A stretch of DNA of 64,000 nucleotides from an uncultured Bacteroides sp. (GTDB lineage: Bacteria > Bacteroidota > Bacteroidia > Bacteroidales > JACABE01): positions 1,162 through 65,161 of the forward strand of contig CAZCBG010000009.1 in NCBI GenBank assembly GCA_964496885.1, in the 5' to 3' direction. The notes beneath the pieces were generated by a model, which was given only the letters and a program-made list of their open reading frames with translations, made no database searches and was not told the origin of the DNA. How positions within the stretch are numbered: position 1 is the first letter of the stretch; every line of letters begins with the position of its first letter. The translations under genes were made by a program, and so were the position numbers. Of the stretch, positions 28,021 to 37,650 are shown one piece after another.

Positions 28021-28875
28021 TTATTGATGCGCTTTTTTAAAATTAAATCTATAAGTAAGCATAGCAGAGAAGTAGAAGAAATGACTTCCCAAATTACTTT
28101 CGGTAGGAAGAATATTAATAGGGAATGCAAAACTAGGCGTAAAATTGAAAGTAAAAGCCTTCAATTCATATTCGATAGGTAAGGATATTTCGTAGTTTAA
28201 AGCTTGGAATTTATTTACATTAACAATATCGGGTATATTTGACGCCGTCTTTTTTAATTTCCTGAACTTTGCAAAGTGATTACCGAGTTCATACGTTAAG
28301 GTCGGTGATATGCTAAGGTCATCTATCCCCGTAATGTCATCCAGAGCCACTTCTTTACCAGCCATAAACATAATGTCAACGCCATTTTGAGTTCCAAAGA
28401 TATAATAAAAATAATTTTGAAAAAACATCCAGTCAAAATCCAAGGTATTTATCATCGACAATCCATTATCTGTCTGAGTTTGGGTTGAAGCCTTTGTCTT
28501 AATCTTATTTGCCGCATTGTTTACTGTTGTTCGAAATAAAGTATACCCACCTTCAATATTCCACCAATCAAACAGGTTTTTATTATATGAAAGTGAAAAT
28601 TCCCATTGATGTGTGTTGCTTGTATCATCAGGCATAAAATAGGTAGTAATCCCCAGCGAGAGGCCAAACTTAAAATTAAGCGAAACTGCTGGGCTCATCA
28701 GAAAGCTGTTAACCATATAATCGCGCCCCGAAAATGCAGCTTTGTTCATATACTGCATTGATGCTTCTACATTGGTTGTATTTTCTTCCACATCATTATT
28801 TGTAGTATCATTTACCTGAGCTTTTAGCAATAAAGTATTAAAAAGAAGAATCGTTAATATTAGTTTTTTTACCAT
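28021..28875 (-). CDS. Hypothetical outer-membrane beta-barrel-like protein
   Basis: Signal peptide ending LKAQ; amphipathic strands; C-terminal YRFNF. The TTG at 28884 lies in the promoter box, so the ATG at 28875 is preferred. Confidence 0.45.
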   Translation of the reverse strand: MVKKLILTILLFNTLLLKAQVNDTTNNDVEENTTNVEASMQYMNKAAFSGRDYMVNSFLMSPAVSLNFKFGLSLGITTYFMPDDTSNTHQWEFSLSYNKNLFDWWNIEGGYTLFRTTVNNAANKIKTKASTQTQTDNGLSMINTLDFDWMFFQNYFYYIFGTQNGVDIMFMAGKEVALDDITGIDDLSISPTLTYELGNHFAKFRKLKKTASNIPDIVNVNKFQALNYEISLPIEYELKAFTFNFTPSFAFPINILPTESNLGSHFFYFSAMLTYRFNFKKAHQ

Positions 28876-28881
28876 ATTGAT

Positions 28882-28889
28882 CAAATATA
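28882..28889 (-). promoter_or_regulatory. -7 promoter box TATATTTG (minus strand)
   Basis: TAnnTTTG match, 6 nt upstream of the ATG at 28875. Confidence 0.45.
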
Positions 28890-29130
28890 ATTTTGTGGAA
28901 TTTGATTGTTCTTATCTTACTTTAAAATCAGATATTAAAAGATTGTAAAAATAAAACATATTTATTTAAAAGAAGTTTATTTTTGACAATTATAAATTTA
29001 CCTGAATACTTAACTCTAGGTAATCTTAATGACAGCAATGGGTAATATGGATTTGTATCCATCCAATAAATATAATATTACTATTCCATTAATAGGACGT
29101 ATTATATTTTTGCAGTTTATGCCACACTAC

Positions 29131-29170
29131 AAAAAAAGAGTTCTGAAGAATAAAAATCCTTCAGAACTCT
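29131..29170 (-). terminator. Rho-independent terminator downstream of the 29222-29629 gene
   Basis: Minus strand reads AGAGTTCTGAAG-N10-CTTCAGAACTCT followed by T7. Confidence 0.75.
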
Positions 29171-29221
29171 TTATTTCCTATTCAATTCCGTAAAGATTCA
29201 AATAGCTTTAAATCTATGGTT

Positions 29222-29629
29222 TTAATCCCTGACTATAATTGTAAACATTGGTAACTTTACTTTTTCGCCTTTGTACTCAATTGTAATGTTCTCTACCCAA
29301 ATCTTTTTCACTTTTAAATCAGTATCATTGGGTTTGAGGTATCGTACTGCCTGAACAGGGAAAACAGAATTTGTAGCTTTAATTTTTTCGGTCAGGTAAT
29401 CCGATTTCATCATTTGTAGCGTAAAACTCATATTGCTGATGGTGTCTTTTTCGCTCACAACAATCGTGAGTTTCCCCTCTTTGAGTATTTGACTTCTTTG
29501 CATTTCTACATCGACATTTTCACCACATAGCGTATTGCCGATAAAAATTTTCACTGTTGCTTTCCCGTTTTGGGAAAACCCGAAATTGCAGAGTATAACT
29601 GCAATTCCTAATAATAAGATCTTTTTCAT
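29222..29629 (-). CDS. Hypothetical small secreted protein
   Basis: Signal peptide MKKILLLGIAVILCNFGFSQ; no family recognised. Confidence 0.45.
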   Translation of the reverse strand: MKKILLLGIAVILCNFGFSQNGKATVKIFIGNTLCGENVDVEMQRSQILKEGKLTIVVSEKDTISNMSFTLQMMKSDYLTEKIKATNSVFPVQAVRYLKPNDTDLKVKKIWVENITIEYKGEKVKLPMFTIIVRD

Positions 29630-29770
29630 TGTATGGGTTTTTAGGTATTAAATTCAAACGCAGAATTTTATATAAAAGTATGAAAATACAATGAATCAAG
29701 AAAAATTCATTAATTGTTTGTAATGTATAAATATAAGGTGTTTCCTTTTTATTCAAGTTTTGTTGTTAAG

Positions 29771-30148
29771 TTACAAAACAACTTCGGTCTTCCCACTAAC
29801 TTTATCAATATGGCAAGCATCTGCTTTAATGATAAAAGGTTCATTTACTACAACGCTATCTTTAATTTTTCCGATAAACCTGAAGTTTTCCTGAGTATTG
29901 GCGATTTTAGATTGGTAATTATCATCAAGAACAGGATACCAGTGATTTCCTATGAATGGATTTCCGTAAATAAATCTCAGGGTATCAGCACTGAAAAGTC
30001 TGATAGTATAATAATCGGTTAAGGAATCTCCTGTTACTGTGATACCTATGGTTCTGAATTCCATGGTACAGGGCACATCTTCTTTCTCTTTACATGAAGG
30101 GAAAATTCCCCATAAAATAATTAAAACTGGAACGAAAAGTCTGTTCAT
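29771..30148 (-). CDS. Hypothetical small lipoprotein
   Basis: Lipobox-like IFPSC; no family recognised. Confidence 0.45.
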   Translation of the reverse strand: MNRLFVPVLIILWGIFPSCKEKEDVPCTMEFRTIGITVTGDSLTDYYTIRLFSADTLRFIYGNPFIGNHWYPVLDDNYQSKIANTQENFRFIGKIKDSVVVNEPFIIKADACHIDKVSGKTEVVL

Positions 30149-30228
30149 ATTATATCAAATTTTATTTCATCAAAGCTCTCTTAATTTAGGATAATACTTT
30201 TTAAATTATTCACCTAGTTTCTGAAACA

Positions 30229-30270
30229 AGAAAAGGCCATCTGAAAACAGATAGCCTTTTCTTTTCTTTT
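30229..30270 (-). terminator. Long hairpin terminator downstream of the 30278-31333 gene
   Basis: AAAAGGCCATCTG-AAAA-CAGATAGCCTTTT (one bulge), T-rich on both flanks. Confidence 0.55.
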
Positions 30271-30277
30271 AAATTGA

Positions 30278-31333
30278 TTAAAGATTTAAAATAAAATACT
30301 GTAATATTTTTTGAACATCAGGACTTACGCCCGATTGAGGTTCGTTATGGAAAGTAGTATAAAGGATATTTCCACCCTGAGTACAGTTTACACCGTAATG
30401 CATCAATACAGCCAAAGGACCATAATTAGTCGGGGTATTATCCTGTAATAAAACCGTAAACTGAGGACCTAATTGCTGAATTACTTCCCAGGCTCCTAAA
30501 TCATAATGAATGGTCATTTTTGTTTTAGCTAATAAAGTCTGTATAGCAGGTGAAACAATATCAATACTGTCGATAAAACCTGTTTGACCAACCTTCATGG
30601 TGCAAAGCAATGTATCGTTGATGAAGCCACCAATCAAAGGATTACAGGTATTGGTTTGTTTGGGCATTAAATGCGTATTAGACCCTTTAGTACGAACTAT
30701 ATTGCTTTTATAATTACCATCACCGGTTAAATATTCTACAGCCCAGTCCGAAGCATAAATACTTCCACAATTGAAAACATAAGAACTAAGATTGGCATAT
30801 TTTAAACTGTCGAGTACACCTGTTTTACCGCAATTAAAAAAGATAGCCTGATAGCCGCTAAGTATTGATAAACTATCCAAAGCAGAAATTTGCAATTGAG
30901 TGGCAGTATATCCCAATGAATCGATGATAATTGTTTCAATTTTGTCGTAATAACCATAAATGTAAGCAAGACTTCCCACCTGATTTAAGATGGTTTGCTG
31001 TGGTGTTAATGAAAGGGTTTGATTTTCAACAACTGTAACTGTAATTACAGATTTAAAAATATGACCATTTCCGGATTGAATGACTAATTTATGTGTCCCA
31101 ATTGGAGCTGAAAGACTAAAATATCCTTTACTATTCGAATAGGTAGTGTAAGCAGGATTGTCCTGAACATAAACTTTAACAGCACCTAATGTAGTTCCTT
31201 TCTTGGAATAGACATATCCAGCTACTCTTCCTGTTTTCACAGAAGTTGATGTTTCATCTTTTTTGCAGGAGAACAAACTGATTGAAGCTACAAATATTGT
31301 AACTAAAAATAAACTGATAACTGACTTTTTCAT
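30278..31333 (-). CDS. Lipoprotein with carboxypeptidase-regulatory-like (CarboxypepD_reg) domain plus an unassigned C-terminal alpha/beta domain
   Basis: Lipobox LFSC. GRVAGYVYSKKGTTLGAVKVYV...SNSKGYFSLSAPIGTHKLVI is typical of the CarboxypepD_reg fold. The TTG at 31366 is in the promoter box, so the ATG at 31333 is preferred. Confidence 0.55.
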   Translation of the reverse strand: MKKSVISLFLVTIFVASISLFSCKKDETSTSVKTGRVAGYVYSKKGTTLGAVKVYVQDNPAYTTYSNSKGYFSLSAPIGTHKLVIQSGNGHIFKSVITVTVVENQTLSLTPQQTILNQVGSLAYIYGYYDKIETIIIDSLGYTATQLQISALDSLSILSGYQAIFFNCGKTGVLDSLKYANLSSYVFNCGSIYASDWAVEYLTGDGNYKSNIVRTKGSNTHLMPKQTNTCNPLIGGFINDTLLCTMKVGQTGFIDSIDIVSPAIQTLLAKTKMTIHYDLGAWEVIQQLGPQFTVLLQDNTPTNYGPLAVLMHYGVNCTQGGNILYTTFHNEPQSGVSPDVQKILQYFILNL

Positions 31334-31363
31334 AATTGCATCGTTTAAATGTTTTTGATAAGA

Positions 31364-31371
31364 CAAAGATA
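31364..31371 (-). promoter_or_regulatory. -7 promoter box TATCTTTG (minus strand)
   Basis: TAnnTTTG match, 30 nt upstream of the ATG at 31333. Confidence 0.45.
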
Positions 31372-31632
31372 CAACATAAAAGGTTGTCTGTCACATTTTT
31401 TTAAAAATATTTTTGCTGAATTTTAGGACTTCTGAATTTATTTTTTTTTATTTTAAGATTGGGGCAACATATTGAGTATTTTAAGAATGTGAAATATTTT
31501 GATTTAAGATCTTGAAATATTTATATTTATTTGATATTTAGCGCTTTAATATATAAATATAAATTCATTTCTCAAAAAAACATAAAAATTAGTTAATACA
31601 TTAATTTAGTTTTTAATTCGTCAAATTTTTCA

Positions 31633-31640
31633 TAGTTTTG
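31633..31640 (+). promoter_or_regulatory. -7 promoter box TAGTTTTG for iorAB
   Basis: TAnnTTTG match, 56 nt upstream of the iorA ATG. Confidence 0.45.
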
Positions 31641-31696
31641 TAAACTATTTAATCAAAATAAAATTCAATTCCGTAAACCTAAAATAAATATTTAAA

Positions 31697-33319
31697 ATGC
31701 AAAAGTTATTGTTGTTAGGAGATGAGGCGATAGCTCAAGGTGCTATTGATGCAGGAATGTCGGGCATCTATGCTTATCCCGGAACGCCATCAACAGAAAT
31801 TACCGAATATGTTCAGTTATCGAAAGAAGCCAAGCAAAAAGGAATTCGCTGTACTTGGTCAACCAACGAAAAAACTGCGATGGAAGCTGCGCTGGGTATG
31901 TCGTATGCCGGCAAAAGAACCATGGTGTGTATGAAACACGTTGGTTTAAATGTTGCGGCAGATCCATTTATCAATTCATCTATCACAGGTGCAAATGGTG
32001 GCATCATTGTTGTTTCGGCCGATGATCCTTCTATGCACTCATCACAAAACGAACAGGATTCAAGATTTTTCGGACAATTTGCCATGATTCCGATTTTGGA
32101 ACCGGCTAATCAACAAGAAGCTTACGACATGGTAGCTTACGGTTTTAACATGTCAGAAAAATACAAAATACCTATACTGATGAGGATTACAACACGCATG
32201 GCTCATTCAAGAGCAGGTGTTACTCGTGGTGAAAGTATAAAACAAAATGAATTAAAATTACCTTCCGATTTACGCCAGTTTGTCTTGTTACCAGCTATTG
32301 CGCGTCGTCGTTACAAATTATTACTTAACAACCAGGTTGTCTTTGAAACCGAATCAGAAAAGTCTTCTTTCAATCAATACATAGATGGTCCCGACAAAAA
32401 AATGGGTATCATCACAACAGGTATTGCTTTCAATTATCTGATGGAAAATTATCCTGAAAGAATTGTTCCTTATCCTGTATTAAAGATTGGTCAATATCCT
32501 TTACCACGCAATTTAGTTGAAAAACTTTGCAATGAATGCGAGGAAATACTAGTATTGGAAGAAGGTGCACCTTTAGTGGAAGATATGTTGAAAGGTTATT
32601 TGGCCAATGGTATCAAGGTAAAAGGTCGTTTGGACGGTACTGTTCCCAGGGATGGTGAATTAAATCCAAATATTGTTGCTGTAGCTTTAGGGATGCCTGA
32701 CACCAGAGGTGCTGATATCCCCGACATCGTCGTAGGACGTCCCCCTATACTTTGCGCTGGCTGTCCTCATATTGATTCATACCTGGCATTGAATGATGCA
32801 TTGGCAACATTGGGACCTGGCAGGGTTTTTTCTGATATTGGATGTTATACATTGGGTGCATTGAAACCTTTGGAAGCTATCAACTCTTGTGTTGATATGG
32901 GGGCTTCTATTCCAATGGCCAAAGGTGCCGCTGATGCTGGTCTCATACCCTCGGTCGCAGTAATTGGAGACTCTACATTCACCCATTCAGGTATAACTGG
33001 ATTAATAGATGCCGTAAAAGACAATTCACCCATCACTGTTATGATACTTGACAACGGAACAACAGGTATGACAGGTGGACAGGATTCTTCTGCTCAAGGT
33101 AGGATTGAAGCACTTTGCTTAGCTTGTGGTGTTGATGAAGCACATATTCATATTTTGAAACCATTGCGTAAGAATCATTTGGAAAATACACAAATTATCA
33201 TTCAAGAACTGGCTTATCAAGGAGTATCCGTTATTATTCCGCGCAGAGAGTGTATTGTATCCATTGATAAAAGGATGAGAGAAAAAGAAAAAACTAAGAA
33301 TGAAGAAGTTAAAGCATAA
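31697..33319 (+). CDS. iorA: Indolepyruvate:ferredoxin oxidoreductase subunit alpha (TPP enzyme)
   Basis: LLGDEAIAQGAIDAG..YAYPGTPSTEI N-terminus, LCAGCPH, TPP-binding GDSTFTHSG...DN. Confidence 0.9.
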   Translation: MQKLLLLGDEAIAQGAIDAGMSGIYAYPGTPSTEITEYVQLSKEAKQKGIRCTWSTNEKTAMEAALGMSYAGKRTMVCMKHVGLNVAADPFINSSITGANGGIIVVSADDPSMHSSQNEQDSRFFGQFAMIPILEPANQQEAYDMVAYGFNMSEKYKIPILMRITTRMAHSRAGVTRGESIKQNELKLPSDLRQFVLLPAIARRRYKLLLNNQVVFETESEKSSFNQYIDGPDKKMGIITTGIAFNYLMENYPERIVPYPVLKIGQYPLPRNLVEKLCNECEEILVLEEGAPLVEDMLKGYLANGIKVKGRLDGTVPRDGELNPNIVAVALGMPDTRGADIPDIVVGRPPILCAGCPHIDSYLALNDALATLGPGRVFSDIGCYTLGALKPLEAINSCVDMGASIPMAKGAADAGLIPSVAVIGDSTFTHSGITGLIDAVKDNSPITVMILDNGTTGMTGGQDSSAQGRIEALCLACGVDEAHIHILKPLRKNHLENTQIIIQELAYQGVSVIIPRRECIVSIDKRMREKEKTKNEEVKA

Positions 33320-33344
33320 TTATTCAAAATTTTAAATTTTAAGA

Positions 33345-33932
33345 ATGAAAAAAGATATAATTTTGGCAGGTGTAGGTGGACAAGGAATCCTTTCTATTGC
33401 TGCTATCATAGGTACTGCTGCTTTAGATATGGGCCTCAATCTCAAACAATCAGAAGTTCATGGTATGGCACAACGCGGAGGTGATGTTTCGTCTAATTTG
33501 CGTATTTCTGATAAAGACGTTGCTTCTGACCTGATAGCTATGGGTAAAGCCGATATGGTTATTTCTGTAGAACCGCTTGAAGGTTTACGTTATTTACCAA
33601 TGCTTTCACCTCAGGGTTGGTTGATTACCAATGCTAAACCTTTTATCAATTTTGCCAACTATCCTGAGATCGAAAGCGTTTATAGTGAAATAGCAAAAGT
33701 ACATCGACACGTTATATTGGATGCTGAAAAAATAGCCAAAGAGCTGGGATCTGCTAAAGCTGCCAATGTTGTAATATTAGGTGCAGCTACGGCTCACATG
33801 GGTATTGATTTCGAAAATTTCGAGAAAGCCATTCGAACTATTTTCGGTAGAAAAGGCGAAGCTGTGGTTGAATTAAACATCAACGCCCTCAGAGCCGGCA
33901 GAGATTTCGCTGCAACTAACAGCCATTTATAA
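33345..33932 (+). CDS. iorB: Indolepyruvate:ferredoxin oxidoreductase subunit beta
   Basis: ILAGVGGQGIL...SEVHGMAQRGG motif of the 2-oxoacid:Fd oxidoreductase gamma-type domain; adjacent to iorA. Confidence 0.9.
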   Translation: MKKDIILAGVGGQGILSIAAIIGTAALDMGLNLKQSEVHGMAQRGGDVSSNLRISDKDVASDLIAMGKADMVISVEPLEGLRYLPMLSPQGWLITNAKPFINFANYPEIESVYSEIAKVHRHVILDAEKIAKELGSAKAANVVILGAATAHMGIDFENFEKAIRTIFGRKGEAVVELNINALRAGRDFAATNSHL

Positions 33933-33971
33933 TCCAACTTAGGAAACTAAGTGAATTCGAAATATTAAGTT

Positions 33972-34009
33972 GAAAAGCCCTGAATACATTTTTGTATTCA
34001 GGGCTTTTC
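33972..34009 (+). terminator. Hairpin terminator after iorB
   Basis: 16-bp perfect stem GAAAAGCCCTGAATAC / GTATTCAGGGCTTTTC with loop ATTTTT. Confidence 0.6.
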
Positions 34010-34073
34010 AATATAAAAAAAGGTGACATTCATCAAATCAGCAGAATTAAGTAACTTTGCAAAAAAATAGGAA

Positions 34074-35324
34074 ATGACAAAAAACGACATTGAAATCATG
34101 TCACCGGTAGGTTCGTATGAGGCATTAATGGCTGCTATTCAAGGTGGTGCGGATGCTGTGTATTTCGGTGTTGGGCAGTTGAACATGAGGGCAAAGTCTT
34201 CCAATAATTTCAGTATCGATGATTTGATTGAAATCACCAGGATTTGCCAGGAAAAAAAGGTTAAGACCTACCTTACTGTAAATACCATCATTTTTAATCA
34301 CGAAATAGAAGTGATGAAAGAGATTGTAAATGCTGCCAAAAAATATGGGATTACTGCCATCATTGCTTCCGATATGTCAGTAATTGGTTACGCCAGCAGT
34401 ATTGATATGGAAATACATATCTCCACTCAGTGTAATATTACAAATATAGAAGCGGTTAAGTTTTATGCAAAGTTTGCCGACGTAATGGTTACTGCCCGCG
34501 AATTGAGTCTAAAACAAGTGGCTGATATTACCCAAACAATTGAAAAAGAACAAATCAAAGGGCCAAAGGGAGAACTGATTAAAATAGAGGTATTTGCCCA
34601 TGGCGCCTTGTGTATGGCTGTTTCGGGGAAATGCTACCTGAGTTTGGATAATTTAAATGCTTCGGCCAATCGTGGTGCCTGCCTTCAGATTTGCCGTAGA
34701 CCCTATCAGGTTATCGATAAAGACAGTGGGGTTGAGCTGGAAATAGACAATGAATACATCATGTCGCCCAAGGACCTGAAAACCATAGGGTTTTTAGATA
34801 AAATTCTCAAAGCGGGTGTAAAAGTACTCAAAATTGAAGGTAGAGGCAGGTCGCCGGAATATGTAAAAACAGTAACTCTATGCTACCGTGAAGCTGCAGA
34901 TGCAGTTTTCGACGGTACTTATACTGATAAAAACATCGAACGCTGGACAGAAAAACTGGCTACTGTTTACAACCGTGGTTTCTGGGATGGATATTATTTA
35001 GGAAGGAAAATGGGTGAATGGACCAAAAGCCATGGTTCGCAGGCAACCAAAAAGAAAATTTATGTCGGAAAGATTACCAATTATTTTGCCAATCTTAAAG
35101 TGGCAGAAGTGAAAATTGAAACGCATTCTCTACAATTAGGAGATATAATTCATATTATAGGTCCTACTACAGGTGTTTACGAAGATGTTGTCACTGAAAT
35201 CCGTGTGGAATTAAATCCTGTCAACGAAGCTGTAAAAGGGATTAGTTGTTCTCTTCCGGTCAACGAAATCGTAAGAAGACAAGATAAACTCTACAAAGTG
35301 GTGGTCAACGAAGAAGAATTTTAA
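34074..35324 (+). CDS. Peptidase U32 family protein (PrtC/RlhA/TrhP-like)
   Basis: EIMSPVGS..L.AAIQGGADAVYFG, cysteine cluster CMAVSGKCYLS...CLQICRRPY, U32 C-terminal beta-barrel. Confidence 0.9.
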   Translation: MTKNDIEIMSPVGSYEALMAAIQGGADAVYFGVGQLNMRAKSSNNFSIDDLIEITRICQEKKVKTYLTVNTIIFNHEIEVMKEIVNAAKKYGITAIIASDMSVIGYASSIDMEIHISTQCNITNIEAVKFYAKFADVMVTARELSLKQVADITQTIEKEQIKGPKGELIKIEVFAHGALCMAVSGKCYLSLDNLNASANRGACLQICRRPYQVIDKDSGVELEIDNEYIMSPKDLKTIGFLDKILKAGVKVLKIEGRGRSPEYVKTVTLCYREAADAVFDGTYTDKNIERWTEKLATVYNRGFWDGYYLGRKMGEWTKSHGSQATKKKIYVGKITNYFANLKVAEVKIETHSLQLGDIIHIIGPTTGVYEDVVTEIRVELNPVNEAVKGISCSLPVNEIVRRQDKLYKVVVNEEEF

Positions 35325-35425
35325 TTAGGAATTTAGAAAAACCAATTACCAAATACAAATTACAAATTAAGAATAACGAAACTTCGGTCTTCAGACTCAA
35401 TAACCATTAACAATTAACCAACACA

Positions 35426-36274
35426 ATGCATTTATTTAATTTCCACACCCATACTTCTTATTGCGATGGCAATTCAGAACCTGAAGCTTATGTTAAGCAA
35501 GCCATTACTATGGGCTTTCAATCTTTAGGCTTTTCGGGGCATGCTCCCATCCCTTTAGAAAACGGATTTGCCATTAAAGAAGATGAACTCCATACATATT
35601 GTGATGAAATTCGAAAATTGAGTGAGCAATACAAAAATCAAATCCCTATCTATTTAGCTTTGGAAATAGATTACATCCCCGGTTTTACCAAAGATTTTAA
35701 GGATTTTAAAGAAAGCTGTAACCTTGATTATACCATAGGTTCAGTGCATTTGGTTGTAAATCCCGAAAATAAACAGCTTTGGTTTATTGATGGTGGAAAA
35801 ACTGCTACCTACGACAATGGGTTACAACAGATTTTTAACGGAGATATTCAAACTGCTGTTAAAACCTATTATCATCAGGTAAATCAAATGATAATTACCC
35901 AAAAACCTGATATTATCGGCCATTTAGATAAAATTAAAATGAACAATCAAAATCGTTTTTTTAGGCAGGATGAAATCTGGTACAAAAATCTAATAAATGA
36001 ATGTATTGCCATAATAAAAGAGCAAGGCTGTATTGTTGAGGTAAATACCAGAGGATTGTATAAAAAACGTTCGGATGAATTATTTCCGGGGATTTCAATT
36101 TTAAAAGAACTGTATCGTTTAAAAATTCCTGTTACCATTAGTGCCGATGCACATAAACCGGAAGAACTGGCCCTCCTTTTCCAGGAAACAGCCTGTCTAT
36201 TAAAAGAGATAGGATTCAAGGCTGTGATGGTTTTTAAAGAAGGGGGATGGGTAGAAGAAGCGATAATGATCTAA
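35426..36274 (+). CDS. Histidinol-phosphatase HisJ family (PHP domain)
   Basis: FHTHTSYCDG, GFSGHAP, GSVH, GHLD and SADAH metal-ligand motifs. Confidence 0.8.
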   Translation: MHLFNFHTHTSYCDGNSEPEAYVKQAITMGFQSLGFSGHAPIPLENGFAIKEDELHTYCDEIRKLSEQYKNQIPIYLALEIDYIPGFTKDFKDFKESCNLDYTIGSVHLVVNPENKQLWFIDGGKTATYDNGLQQIFNGDIQTAVKTYYHQVNQMIITQKPDIIGHLDKIKMNNQNRFFRQDEIWYKNLINECIAIIKEQGCIVEVNTRGLYKKRSDELFPGISILKELYRLKIPVTISADAHKPEELALLFQETACLLKEIGFKAVMVFKEGGWVEEAIMI

Positions 36275-36324
36275 GTGTTAAAATAATCTTTTCCTCAACA
36301 TCATCATTAATTTAAAAATATTCT

Positions 36325-36332
36325 TACTTTTG
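36325..36332 (+). promoter_or_regulatory. -7 promoter box TACTTTTG driving the riboswitch leader
   Basis: TAnnTTTG match immediately 5' of the riboswitch. Confidence 0.5.
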
Positions 36333-36339
36333 TAGTTGA

Positions 36340-36496
36340 ATTGGTTTCCAAATTGGAATCAAAAGGGAAACGGGTGAAAATCCCGCACAGTTCCCGCTGC
36401 TGTAAGCTCTTAATATCTTTCAACATTCTTGCCACTGTTCTGCATATTATAAGAATGGGAAGGCGTTTGAAAGAAGAGTAAGTCAGAAGACCTGCC
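36340..36496 (+). promoter_or_regulatory. Cobalamin (B12) riboswitch aptamer
   Basis: Conserved core seen by eye: AAAAGGGAAACGGGTGAAAATCCCGCACAGTTCCCGCTGCTGTAAGC ... GCCACTG ... GGGAAGGC ... B12 box AGTCAGAAGACCTGCC. Followed by a 132-nt platform containing a T7 tract (36563-36569). Confidence 0.85.
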
Positions 36497-36628
36497 TATT
36501 CAATATCTGTTATTCAAAGCTTTCGGGTAAAAAGCAGAGAATGGACGAAATAGGCTTTCCTGTTTTTTTCAGTCTAAAATTACCGAAGGTGTTGAAGTTT
36601 AATAAATAATAAACTTGAAACACGAAAA

Positions 36629-37648
36629 ATGAAAAAAAAATTCTATTTAAAAATTTGCAGCCTGATGGTTTTGCTTGTTAGTTTTCAACATGCAACATCA
36701 CAAAGCAATGCAAATTATGATGACCTTACCCTTTCACCCAATTCTTATTGGAATGGATCAAACAACAGTGGAGGATTTAACGATGCTGGCTACTTTTTTG
36801 AAAATACTTACTCAGATTATGGTGGAGGAATGTACGCCTGGTATGGATTTGCCTATTCAAACATGAGAGATACCCTCACAAGTGGATATACCAATCAGTT
36901 TTCGTCAATTACTGGAAAAGGAGCTTTAAATTCGGCTAATTATGCTGTTTCTTACGTGAATTACGATTGGACGAATAACTATCAGCTACATCCGAATACC
37001 ATTCGATTTTCCACTCCTTCAACCATCAGCGGTTTTTATGCTACAAATAACACATATGCTTATTTTTCGATGCTGAATGGCGATGGAAACCTGGCTAAAA
37101 AATTCGGAGGCGTCAGCGGGAATGATGCTGACTGGCTGAAACTTCAGGTTAAAGCATACAGAAACGGAACAATGATAGATACTGTAAATTGTTTCCTTGC
37201 CGATTTCCGATTTGCAAACAATGCTCAGGATTATATCCTTAAAAGCTGGAAATGGGTTGATTTATCTGTATTTGGAAATGTTGACAGCCTAAGTTTCGGA
37301 TTAACTTCTTCCGACAACGGAATGTATGGAATGAATACACCGGCTTATTTCTGTATGGATAACTTTAACGGACTCAATCCCAATCTTGGCATTCGCAATA
37401 TAAATACCAACGAAAATCTATTCCAAATCTACCCTAATCCTTTTACAGAAAAACTTCAGATCAGCAGTAAGAATTCCAACGAAATTCAGGAGGTCCAGAT
37501 TTTTGACATTCAAGGAAATGAAATTCTAAAAATAAGCAATGTAAAACAGGAGCTTACGCTCAATTTAGCTGAATTACATTCAGGTATTTACTTTGTGAAA
37601 ATTTCAGTATCAGATTGTATATTTTATCAAAAGATTATAAAAAAATAA
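36629..37648 (+). CDS. T9SS-sorted secreted protein, DUF4465-like N-terminal domain (family recalled from B12 loci, unverified)
   Basis: Signal peptide. YWNGSNNSGGF...AWYGFAYSN...NYAVSY...PAYFCMDNF. C-terminal CTD IYPNPFTEKLQIS...GIYFVKIS...QKIIKK. Confidence 0.6.
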   Translation: MKKKFYLKICSLMVLLVSFQHATSQSNANYDDLTLSPNSYWNGSNNSGGFNDAGYFFENTYSDYGGGMYAWYGFAYSNMRDTLTSGYTNQFSSITGKGALNSANYAVSYVNYDWTNNYQLHPNTIRFSTPSTISGFYATNNTYAYFSMLNGDGNLAKKFGGVSGNDADWLKLQVKAYRNGTMIDTVNCFLADFRFANNAQDYILKSWKWVDLSVFGNVDSLSFGLTSSDNGMYGMNTPAYFCMDNFNGLNPNLGIRNINTNENLFQIYPNPFTEKLQISSKNSNEIQEVQIFDIQGNEILKISNVKQELTLNLAELHSGIYFVKISVSDCIFYQKIIKK

Positions 37649-37650
37649 AC

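Noticed and set aside
29105-29176. Possible tiny plus-strand sRNA: a TAnnTTTG-like box (29105-29112) followed about 25 nt later by the strong hairpin at 29138-29170
   Set aside because: The hairpin is better explained as the terminator of the minus-strand gene 29222-29629 (T7 on that strand). The plus-strand T-tail is interrupted, and TAnnTTTG matches arise by chance in AT-rich spacers.
36629-36640. A9 homopolymer immediately after the start codon of the first riboswitch-controlled gene; considered as a slipped-strand phase-variation tract
   Set aside because: It simply encodes MKKK, the commonest signal-peptide start in this genome (for example 26751, 41918, 49627). The tract length is borderline and no variation can be seen from one sequence.
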